Assembly: GCA_964036045.1 (NCBI GenBank)
Contig: OZ038379.1
Span: forward strand, 76,818,001-76,882,000
DNA length: 64,000 nt
Origin: Eutreptiella sp. 'Long Island Sound 2002'
Taxonomy: Eukaryota > Protista > Euglenida
Direction: 5' to 3'
In this document: positions 52,078-62,600 of the stretch, piece by piece
Layout of the letters: every line of letters begins with the position of its first letter
Position numbering within the stretch: position 1 is the first letter of the stretch
The notes under the pieces: model-generated
What the model was told of the DNA's origin: nothing
Database searches by the model: none
The model's input: the letters and a program-made list of their open reading frames with translations, nothing else
Made by a program: the position numbers and the translations under genes

Positions 52078-52182
52078 GGGATACAGTGGGATACACCGGG
52101 GAAAAAATGGGATACACTGGGATACACAGGAAAAATGAGTGGGATGCACAGGATACACGGATTATTTTTTGGGATGCACACT
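52078..52182 (+). repeat. Cluster of GGGAT(A/G)CAC motifs
   Basis: About seven gggat(a/g)cac-like motifs within ~105 bp. Confidence 0.7.
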
Positions 52183-53039
52183 GGCTGAAAGTCTGGGTGT
52201 AGAGGAGTGCAACAAGTGCCAGACACAACTGTGAGCATGGCGCAAATGGAACAACCACCAATCCATTGGTGTTAGGGGTAGGGCAAAGAGAACGGGACCT
52301 CAAAAGGTACACAATGCTGCTGCCCCTTCCCCCATTCCCCAACAGTTGGTTTGCTGGATCAGTTTGCGCTTCTCAGTCTGAGCAGTGGTTCATTGTGCTG
52401 GCCGCTCCAGACTGCCAAATACTTGTGGCACTGGCTGCCAGAGGTGAACAGCTGTGAAGTGTATGTCATTTGCAGAAACATCACGAGGCGAGACCATCAT
52501 TGTATCAGCAGAGAGAGATATGCAGATGGCAAGGGGGAAAGACCTGCAAGGGCTCCAGAAGGTACGCCCGGAACGATGCCTGGAAGAAGCCCAGCAACCA
52601 CTGCGGCGTCACTTGGGTATACCGCAGCCACCAGACCGCACGGTACATGAGCCAGCATGCAGCCGTGATGTGCGCCCAATGCCGCGTATTAGACGGTCGC
52701 AACTGGTCCATAATCGTGAGGGCCTCTTTGCGGTAGTCGACGGTCTGTTTCACGACTTTGATCAGGAGTTTAAGGTCGTTCGCGGGGTCGACTCTATCGA
52801 AGCCCTGCGAGCCCACCTGCATCTCATCAAGCACGGGCTCCCTTCTGGGATCTGCAGATGGCATGGAAGAGGGCGTGGCAGGAGGCACGGAAGGTGCCGT
52901 GGCAGATGGGATAGCAGAGAGTAGTGGGTAGAGCAGTAGGTACGGCAGAGGGTATGGCAGAGGGTATGGCAGAAGGTATGGCGGTGGGTATGGCTTTGTC
53001 GTTGCCTTTGGCTTTCGGGGTGATTCTGCCCATGTGCAT

Positions 53040-53547
53040 CGCAACACAGGGCAGAGTGGAGATGTGTCTGCCCCTTTGCATGTCAGCAAATGGCAAAGGG
53101 GATGCTTCTGCCCCTACGCTTGTTAGCACAGGGCAGAAGGGAGGTGTTTTTACTCCTGTGCACGTCAGCACAGGGCAGAGGGGGGGTGCTTTTGCCCCTG
53201 TGCACGTCAGCAAAGGGCAGAGGGGGGGGGGTGGTTTCTGCTCTTGTACACGGCTGCACAGGCAGAGGGGAGGTGTGTTTGCCCCGTGCATGCCCGCAAA
53301 CAGCACAGGGGGGGGGGTATTTTCTGCCCATGTGCAGGCCAGCATGGGGCAGAGGGGGAGGTATTTCTGCCCCTGTGTACGTTAGCACAGGGCAAAGGGG
53401 AGATGTTTCTGCCCTTGTGCATATGAACACAGGGCAAGGGAGGAGGTATTTCTATGCCTATACACCTCAGCACAGGGCAGAGGGGAGGTGTTTCGGCCCC
53501 TATGCACGTGAGCATGAGGCAGAGGGGAGGTGTTTCTGCCCCTGTGC

Positions 53548-53548
<1 letters not shown>
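53040..53548. repeat. ~42-bp hairpin tandem repeat (~12 copies)
   Basis: Unit about AGCACAGGGCAGAGGGGAGGTGTTTCTGCCCCTGTGCACGTC; agca(c/a)agggcag at 53125, 53167 and 53209. GCACAGGGCAGA pairs with TCTGCCCCTGTGC. Confidence 0.9.
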
Positions 53549-53578
<30 letters not shown>

Positions 53579-53593
53579 TGTATGTATGTATGT
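53549..53593. repeat. (TATG)n microsatellite
   Basis: About 11 TATG copies directly after the hairpin array. Confidence 0.95.
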
Positions 53594-53859
53594 CTATGTA
53601 TATCTATTTTTTTTCGATCTCTTGCAGGCACTTTTGATGGATCCCCCTCGGCGACCAGGCGCCGCAGGGGGTACAGTGAAACCCTGGCCGGGGGGCAGCC
53701 AGGACCCAGGGCCGCGCCCCCCGCGACATTTGGACTGGCCAACCGCGGCAGCAGCTCCTGCGGGGGCTGTGGGAGCGGTGGGCGGCCGCAGCGTGCTGCC
53801 CACAGAGGGTGGCGACACAAGCAGTACTAGGAGCGGCCCCAACGTAACAACGACGGTAG

Positions 53860-54240
53860 AGAACGTGAGTGTCCTGCTGCTTGCTTCGCTCATTGTCGTG
53901 CTTCGTGCTCTGCTTAGTGCGTCTACAAACAGAGAGGGCAGGGGCAGGACAACCAGAAGGAAGGAAAGGACCAGGGCACCAGGGAGGCCCAAGGAACGAG
54001 CACAGGCAGGGAGAGGGAGGAGTGAGAACGAGTTAGCACGGGGGATGTTGTGCAGATTACTTCGCTCGGTGTCGTGCTACGTTCCTACGACTACTTGACC
54101 CCAATACCTACAGACGCCAGCGCAAGACTGAGGTGCTGCACGGTGTCCTGCCCCTGTCCCCTCTGTGTTCTCGCGCTAAGCAGTACGCTAAGCACGACAA
54201 TCAGCGAAGCAATCTGCATGACACTCACCTGTACGTGCAC
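53860..54240. repeat. Imperfect ~95-bp inverted repeat (53860-53955 vs ~54135-54240)
   Basis: gtgagtgtcctgctgcttgcttcgctcattgtcgtgcttcgtgctctgcttagtgcg matches the reverse strand gtgagtgtcatgcagattgcttcgctgattgtcgtgcttagcgtactgcttagcgcg. Confidence 0.8.
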
Positions 54241-54855
54241 CATCCTTGAACCACACACCCCTGCTGGTGCCATAGTCGCTAGTAGTGTCCTTCTGCAGCA
54301 GCCTAGGGGCCTAGCACTCGAGAGTACCACCCAATATAGCCCAATGACAACCAGGGCACAGGGCAAACAGAGGGAGTGCAGAATGGGCAATTGCCTCGCA
54401 TATTGCTTTGCTCCGTGCGCGGTAGGACGGCGAGATGGGGCCAGGGCACCAGCGGGGCAAAGCCCAACACAGCAAAGCACAGAGGCAGAACAGGGAAGGG
54501 TGGGGTAGGGCAGGAGAAGAACAGCACCCTAGGCATAGGCGAGCCAGAGGGGGCAGCCAGAGAGAGTGGGAGGCGGAAGCAGGGAGAGGGACGCAAAGCA
54601 GGCAGAGAGAGTGGGGGGCAGGGGTGCTGGTGACCCAGGGGAGAGACGGGGAGCAGGGCATGATAGGCTCGCTTGCCGCGCTCGGTGTCGTGCTACTTGC
54701 GTGCCCTGACATACATGCGCGTGCTATGCATGTACCCTGGGGGTCTGCTGGTTGTCACAGCGGATGCCATCGGGGTCGTGGTGGCCACGAGGAGGGCGGG
54801 CACCCGCGGCGCCACCCGCCGGGCCTCCCGTGCAGCAAGCTGAGTTTGGGCTAGA

Positions 54856-56695
54856 ATGGCGCGCAGAGGGGACGGGCACCAGTGGCGCCATCCACTGGAA
54901 CCCCTGCACTCGCCGAATGATGACAAAGATTGTCATGATGTAGCTCGCCTATGGGGATGGAAGTGGGTATGCCAAGACAACCAAGACATGAAGGCCAAGG
55001 CGGTCATGCGTTGGACTTGTGCATCTTGTGGAGCATCCAAGGATGTACGGTTCGATAACATGAAGAAGTTGGGTCCGGGAAAGCACAAGTGTTCAAAACA
55101 ATCTCAACCACAAGAGAAAGAGGCAAATGCGAAAGGAAAAGATGGTCGCCCATCCGTCACCACGTGCGGCGGAATGTGGATGTGATTGGTTGGGGGTGCT
55201 TGTGGACAATGCCGTGCATGTAGATGACTCCCTCATTTCCTCAATTTGTGTGATGCGATGACCATGTTGGGGTTGTACTACCAACTTTGATCGTACATAC
55301 AAAAAAATGAAGAGTTGGGGCTTTGTTTGCTCCACTTGCAACGCATCACAACTTAAGGAGGACAAAAAGCGCGCAGGGCAAGCAGGTGTTGTGGTGGCAT
55401 CTAAGGAGGACAAAAAGCGTGCAGGGCAAGCGTGTGGTGTGGTGGCATCTCGAGAGGACAAGCAGCGGGCACGGCAAGCGGGCTCCAAGGAGAACAAGCA
55501 GCGGGCAGGGCAAGCGGGCTCCAAGGAGGACAAGCAGCGGGCAGGTAAAGCGGGCTCCAAGGAGGACAAGCAGCGGGCGGGACAGGCTAGCCCTAGGGAG
55601 GGCAAGCAGCGAGCGGGGCAAGAGGGGGGCAGGCGCTAAGGAGGATAAGCAAAGGGCAGGGCAAGCTGGGGCCGTTAGACATGCTTTGAATTATGCACGT
55701 GAAACCTTGCCAAGCCAGTCAACACAGGCCATTCAGAACATGTGGGAGAGAGGCGATGAGATGAAACTGTCCGGTTCTGTTGTGGATGAAGACGAGGAAG
55801 TCATGCCGCAATCGGTTGCAGGCCCATCACCCAATGAGTTTACGGGATCAAAGGTCGGCACATCCCTTGCTTCCACTGTGAGAGGGTTTTTTCGGTGCAA
55901 ACCGGGATGGACAGATTTCCAGTCCAACCAGTAGCCAATTAGGAGAGTTGTGAGTCTTTGGACGCCTTGGTGCGAGCTATCCTGGATGAGAAGGTGAAGA
56001 CCGCCGATATGGTGGCGTTGGCCAAAGAGTGGCACAAAAAAGTGGGAGTATGCGAGGACATTCATTCTTGCGGGTGCTGCGGAGTGAGGGACTTCCAACA
56101 AGTGAAGGAAGTCGAGCTATCCAAGTTGGATCTTTTAAAGTTGGACGCAGAACAAGTTTCATGGTACCGTGGGATTCCCATTGAGTATCGTAAGTATGCT
56201 GCGGTCTTTGAACAGGACACAGGGCTATATTGGTTGCACCATGATCTTGTATCTAATGGTGTAGTGCAATTGTGTAATTCATGCCATCGGAGTTTGCTCC
56301 ATCCAAAGAAAGGTCAAGTGCCACCAAATGCCATTGCTAGTGGCAAGCATTTTGGTAAGCGATGCGACTTACCGGAGTTAACGGATTTGGAGGAGCGTAT
56401 GTTATGACGAGTGCGGACGACACTAAACACAATGAAGCTTGTTAGTGCAAGAATGGCGTAACATCGCAGTGGGGTGTTCGGGGACATGCCGTTTCTGTAC
56501 CGCATGATGACCCGAAAGTGTTGGCAGCAAGTCTACCAGATGTAGAGGCTCTTGTGGGTACAAAGATCATCTTTGTGGGACCAATCCGCGATGCGGAGGC
56601 AATGCGTCGTGATCAACGTGGCAAAGAACGAGGAGAGCGAATATTCACACCGCAATGGGATCAACTCATTCAATGGTTGCGAGTTTTAAAAGTGA
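54856..56695 (+). pseudogene. Disrupted N-terminal part of a Helitron2/Helentron-type RepHel ORF (DUF6570-like domain)
   Basis: The joined translation reads CNSCHRSLLHPKKGQVPPNAIASGKHFGKRCDLPELTDLEERML*RVR..MKL..GHAVSVPHD..LAASLP..IIFVGP..QLIQWLRVLKV. This follows the motif order I recall for DUF6570 upstream of the Helitron Rep domain (CxxC..P..AxANG..G..L..LT..EE..GH..P..FxGP..V..WL..LK..NP.Y). Stops at 56405 and 56459 and a frameshift near 56480. Upstream fragments carry CxxC motifs. The ORF is cut at 56695 by the ~605-bp element. The upstream boundary is uncertain. Confidence 0.75.
55354..55670 (+). repeat. 36-bp (variant 48-bp) frame-preserving tandem repeat encoding KEDKQRAGQAGS
   Basis: About 8 copies of aaggaggacaagcagcgggcagggcaagc; main unit lengths are multiples of 3 (one frame slip late in the array). 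Confidence 0.85.
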
Positions 56696-59600
56696 TTACC
56701 GAGCTGGGTTTACCCTGTCAAGGCTTTACACCACCTTTTAGGGTCCAAGGGTGAGCAACACGTTTTAGCAAGCAACAGCAGCAGCAAGCAGCAGCAAGCA
56801 GCAGCAGCAGCAAGCAGCAGGCAGGCGTGTGACCACACCGCGGCTCAAAACCGGCATCCAAGTGGCTCAAAACGACCGGGGTGCAGACACGCATAACCAC
56901 CAACAGGGTTCGTGCCGTTTTGAGCCGTCTAGCCCGTTCTACGGCGCATTTAGTGTCCAAAAAATGGCCGTTTTTGGGCTGTTTTAAGGACCATCGTCTT
57001 GAAAGTTCAGCACGATCGACGGTGTGTCAAGTGGGCATTTGCAATCAGGGCGGTTGTTCTTCCATGGCGATTTGGGTATCAAAGGAATGCAAATCAGTGT
57101 TCAATAAGGCACGTACCATGCCGTGGTGGCACACCGTCGTCCATTTTGAGGTGAAAATGAGCCGTTTTTGAGCCGCGATCCAGGAAAATCGTCCTCATTG
57201 TGGCAGCACATCTGCAAAGCAAGCTGCCTTTCCTCCGCAGCAATTTCCTATGTGGTACGCAAGACTAGGACCCAGCTCGGTCCTCGTTCGAGTTTTGATT
57301 ACGGAGCTGGGTTTACCCTGTCGAGGTTTTACACCACCTTTTAGGGTCCAAGGGAGAGGAACATATCTTAACAAGCAGCAAGCAGCAGCAGCGGCAGCAA
57401 GAACGGGCGGTTAAAAAGTCCTTGCGACCACACCGCGGCTCAAAATGGGCATCCAAGTAGCTCAAAACGACCGGGGAGGAGAGGCACATCACCGCAAATA
57501 GGTTTTGTGCCGTTTCGAGGCGTCCAGCTCGTTCTATGGCCGATTTAGTGTCCAAAAATGGCCATTTTTGGGCTGTTTTCAGGAAGATCGTCCTGAGTTT
57601 TCTTGGGTTTGTCCAATAGGCGATTCCAGTCAACGTTGCTTTTCTTGCACAACGATTAGACAATCAAATGATTGCAAATGGGTGATGAAGAAGGCATCCT
57701 CAGCACCGCAGTGTCTTCCCGTGGTCCTTTCGGGTAAAAAACATGGGCGTTTTTGAGTTGGTTTTCAAGAGCACGCACCAGCAAGCAACAGGCGGTCAAA
57801 AAGTCCATGGAACGACACCGTGGGTCAACACCGGCTTCCAAGTAGCTCAAAACGACCGGGGAGCAAATGCGCATCACAACAAACAAAGTTCGTGCCGTTT
57901 TGAGGCGTCTAGCGCGCGGTATGGCAAATTTAGTGCCCAACAATGGCCGTTTTGGGGCTGTTTGCAAGACAATCATTGGTGACCGTGGAGGAAAATCAAT
58001 AAGGCACGTGCCATGCCGTGGTGGCACACCGTCGTCCATTTTGAGGTGAAAATGAGCCGTTTTTGAGCAGCGATTCAGCAAAATCGTCCTCACTGTGGAG
58101 GAACAATTGCAAAGCAAGCGGGCTTTGCTCCACGGTGATTTCCAATGCGTTAACCAAGACTAGGACCCAGCTTGGTCCTCGTGGTGAGTCTTGATTGCCG
58201 AGCTGGGTTTACCCTGTCGAGGTGTTACACCACCTTTTTGGGGGTCCAAAAATGAGCTACACATTGTAGCTATAAGCAGCAGCAGCAAGCAGCAGCAGCA
58301 AGCAGGGGGTTAAAAAGTCCTTGCGAGGACACCGTGGCTCAAAACCGGCATCCAAGTAGCTCAAAACGACCGGGGAGCAAAGGTGTATTACACAAACAAG
58401 TTTTGTGCCGTTTCGAGCCCTCTAGCTCGTTCAATGGCCGCTTTGCTGTCCAAAAATGACCGTTTTGGGGCTGTTTTGAGGGAGATTGTCGTGAAAACTC
58501 AGGACGATCGTTGGTGTGCCCAGTAGGTGTTTCGAAATAGGGCCTCTATTTTTCCATGGCAAATGCGCCATCAAAGCAATGCAACAGGGAGGGGAATAAG
58601 GCGAGTGCCATGCCGTGGTGGCACGGGGTGGGCGATTTCGAGGTGCAAACAAGCTTTTTTTGAGACATGTTTGAGGACGATCGTCGTGACTGTGGAGGAA
58701 CATCTGCAAAGCAAGCCAGTTGTGCTCCACGGTGATTTCAACTACGTTAATCAAGACTCGAACTAGGACCGAGCTGGGTCCTAGTCTTGCGTAACGCATG
58801 GGAAATCACCGTTGAAGAAAGACCGCTTGCTTTAGAGATGTACCTCCATGCTTACGGCGATTGTCCTCAAACACGGCTCAAAACGGCTCATTTTCACCTC
58901 AAAATGGACCACCGCGTGGCACCACGGCGTGGTACACGCCTTATTGAACACCCATTTGCCATCCTTTGATGGCCCAATCGCCATGAAAGAACAACGGCCG
59001 TGAGAGGGAACACCTGCTTGGCGTAGCGGCGATCGTCCTCAACTTTCGAGACGATCGTCCTGAAAACGGCCAAAAACAGCCCAAAAACGGCCTTTTTGGG
59101 ACACTAAATCGGCCGTAGAACGGGCTATGCGGCTCGAAATGCAATGAAACTTGTTTGTGGTGATGCGCGTTTGCTCCCCGCTCGTTTTGAGCTACTTGGA
59201 TGCCGGTTTTGAGCCACGGTATGGTCACAAGAACTTTTGGACCTTCTGTTGCTGCTTGCTGCTGCCTGCTGCTTGCTAAAACGTGTAGCTCATCCTTGGC
59301 CCCTAAAAGGTGGTGTAAAACCTCGACAGGGTAACCCCAGCTCGGTAACCAAGATCAAGACTCGAACTAGGACCGAGGTGGGTCCTAGTCTTGCGTAACG
59401 CATGGGAAATCACCGTTGAAGAAAGACCGCTTGCTTTAGAGATGTGCCTCCATGGTTACGACGATTGTCCTGAAACACGGCTCAAAACGGCTCATTTTCA
59501 CCTCAAAATGGACCACCACGTGGAACCACGGAGTGGTACACGCCTTATTGAACACCCATTTGCCATCCTTTGATAGCCCAATCGCCATGAAAGAACAACG

Positions 59601-62600
59601 GCCCTCATCGGAAACACCGGCTTGGCGTAGCGGCGATCGTCCTGAACTTTCAGGACGATCGTCCTGAAAACGGCCGAAAACAGCCCAAAAACGGCCATTT
59701 TTGGACACTAAATGGGCCGTAGAACCGGCTAGACGGCTCGAACCGCAACGAAACTTGTTTGTGGAGATGCGCCTAAGCTCCCCGGTCGTTTTGAGCTACT
59801 TGGATGCCGGTTTTGAGCCGCGGTGTGGTCGCAAGGACTTTTGGGGCGCCTACTGCTGCTTGCTGCTGCTTGCTGCTGCTGCTAAAACGTGTTGCTCACC
59901 CTTGGCCCCTAAAAGGTGGTGTAAAACCTCGACACGGTAAACCCAGCTCGGTAATCAAGACTCCAACTAGGACCGAGCTGGGTCCTAGTCTTGCGTAACG
60001 CATGGGAAATCACCGTTGAAGAAAGACCGCTTGCTTTAGAGATGTGCCTCCATGGTTACGACGATTGTCCTGAAACACGGGTCAAAACGGCTCATTTTCA
60101 CCTCAAAATGGACCACCGTGTGGCACCACGGCATGGTACATGCCACATTGCACACCCATTTGCCATCATTTGACAGGCCAATCGCCACGGAAGAACAACG
60201 GCCCTCATTGCAAACGCCCACTTGACACACCGGCGATCGTCCTGGGTTTTCAGGACGATCGTCCTGAAAACAGCCAAAAACAGCCCAAAAACGGCCTTTT
60301 TTGGGCACTAAATGGGCCGTAGAGCGGGCTAGACGGGCTCAAAATGCATCGAAACTTGTTTGTGGTGATGCGCCTTGGCTCCCTGGTCGTTTTGAGCTAC
60401 TTGAATGCCGGTTTTGAGCCACGGTGTGGTCGCAAAGCCTTTTTAAGCGCCTGCTGCTGTTGCTTGCTGCTGCTGCTTGCTGCTCGCTGCTTGCTGCTGC
60501 TAAAGCGTGTTGCTCAGCCTTGGCCCCTAAAAGGTGGTGTAAAACCTCGACAGGGTAAACCCAGCTCGGTAATCAAGACTCGAACTAGGACCGAGCTGGT
60601 TCCTAGTCTTGCGTAACGCATGGGAAATCACCGTTGAGGAAAGACTGCTTGCTTTAGAGATGTGCCTCCATGGTTACGACGATTGTCCTGAAACACGGCT
60701 CAAAAACGGCTTGTTTTCACCTCAAAATGGACCATCACGTGGCACCACGGAGTGGTACACGCCTTATTAAACACCCATTTGCCATCCTTTGATAGCCCAA
60801 TCGCCATGAAAGAACAACGGCCCTCATCGGAAACACCTGCTTGGCGTAGCGGCGATCGTCCTGAACTTTCAGGACAATCTTCCTGAAAAAAGCCAAAAAC
60901 AGCCTAAAAACGGCCATTTTTGGACACTAAATCGGCCGTAGAACGGCTTCGACGGCTCGAAAAGCAACGAAACTTGTTTGTGGTGATGCGCCTTGGCTCC
61001 CCGGCCGTTTCGAGCTACTTGGATGCCGGTTTTGAGCCGCGGCATGGTCGCAAGGACTTTTCAAGCGCCCGCTTGCTTGCTTGCTTGCTGCTGCTGCTGC
61101 TGCTGCTGTTGCTGCTAAAACGTGTTGCCCACCCTTGGCCCCTAAAAGGTGGTGTAAAACCTCGACAGGGTAACCCCAGCTCGGTAATCAAGACTCAAAC
61201 TAGGACCGGGCTGGGTCCTAGTGTTGCGTAACGCATTGGAGATCACCGTTGAAGAAAGCCGGCTTCCTTTCGAGATGTGCCTCCATGGTTACGGCGATGG
61301 TCCAGAAACGCGGCTGGAAAAATGCTCATTTTCACCTCAAAATGGACCACCGCGTGGCACCACGGAGTGGTACACGCCTTATTGAACACCCATTTGCCAT
61401 CATTTCATAGCCCAATCGCCATGGAAGTACAACGGCCCTCATCTCAAACAGCTGCTTGGTGTAGCGGCGATCGTCCTGAACTTTTAGGACCATTGTCCTG
61501 AAAACGGCCGAAAAGAGCCCAAAAACGGCCATTTTTGGACACTAAATCGGCCGTAGAACCGGCTAGACGGCTCGAACCGCAACGAAACTTGGTTGTGGTG
61601 ATGCGCCTTGGCTCCCCGGTCGTTTTGAGCTACTTGAATGCCGGTTTTGAGCCGCGGCGTGGTCGCAAGGACTTTTCAAGCGCCTGCTTGCTTGCTTGCT
61701 GCTACTGCTGCTGCTGCTGCTGTTGGTGCTAAAACGTGTAGCTCATCCTTGGCCCCTAAAAGGTGGTGTAAAACCTCGACAGGGTAAACCCAGCTCGGTA
61801 ACCAGGACCTAGCTCCGTCCTAGTCGTGAGTCTTGATTACCGAGCTGGGTTTACCCTATCCAGGTTTTACACCACCTTTTAGGGTCCAAGGATGAGCTAC
61901 ACGTTTTAGCAAGCATCAAGCAGCAGCAGCAGCACGCAGGCCGTTAAAAAGTCCTTGCAACGGCACCGTGGCTCCGAACCGGCATCCAAGTAGCTCAAAA
62001 CGACTGGGGAGCAAAGGCGCATCACCGGAAACAGGTTTCGTGCCGTTTCAAGCCGTCTAGCCCGTTCTACAGCCGATTTAGTGTCCAAAAATGACTGTTT
62101 TTGGGCTGTTTTCAGGACGATTGTCCCGAAAACTCGGGACGATCGCCGGTGTGTCAAGTGGGAGTTTGCAATGAGGGCCATGGTTCTTCCATGGCGATTG
62201 AGCTATCAAATGATGGCAAAAGGGTGTTCAATACGGCATGTACCATGCCGTGGTGCCACATGGTGGTACATTTTGAGGTGAGAATTAGCCGTTTTTGAGA
62301 CGTTTTTCAGGACGGTAATCCTGACGGTGGAGGGATATCTCTGAAGCAAGCGGTCTTTGTTCAACGGTGATCTCCGATGCGTTACGCAAGATTAGGACCC
62401 ACCTCAGTCCTAGTTCGAGTCTTGATTACCGAGCCGCGTTTACCCTGTCGAGGTTTTACGCCACCTTTTAGGGTCCAAGGATGAGCGACACGTTTTAGCA
62501 GCAAGCAAGCAGCAACAGCAAGTAGGCGGTTAATCAAGACTCGAACTAGGACCGAGCGGGGTCCTAGTTTTGCGTATCGCATGGGAAATCACGGTTGAAG

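Noticed and set aside
52505-53089. Functional 194-aa gene on the minus strand
   Set aside because: The start lies within the hairpin repeat, the N-terminus is a 12-bp repeat (YPLP), and no domain is recognisable; at best a decayed fragment.
53040-53548. CRISPR-like palindromic repeats
   Set aside because: Hairpin units abut directly with no unique spacers.
56730-56750. Telomeric TTTAGGG within the ~605-bp unit (ccttttagggtcc)
   Set aside because: A single motif per unit, not a tandem telomeric tract.
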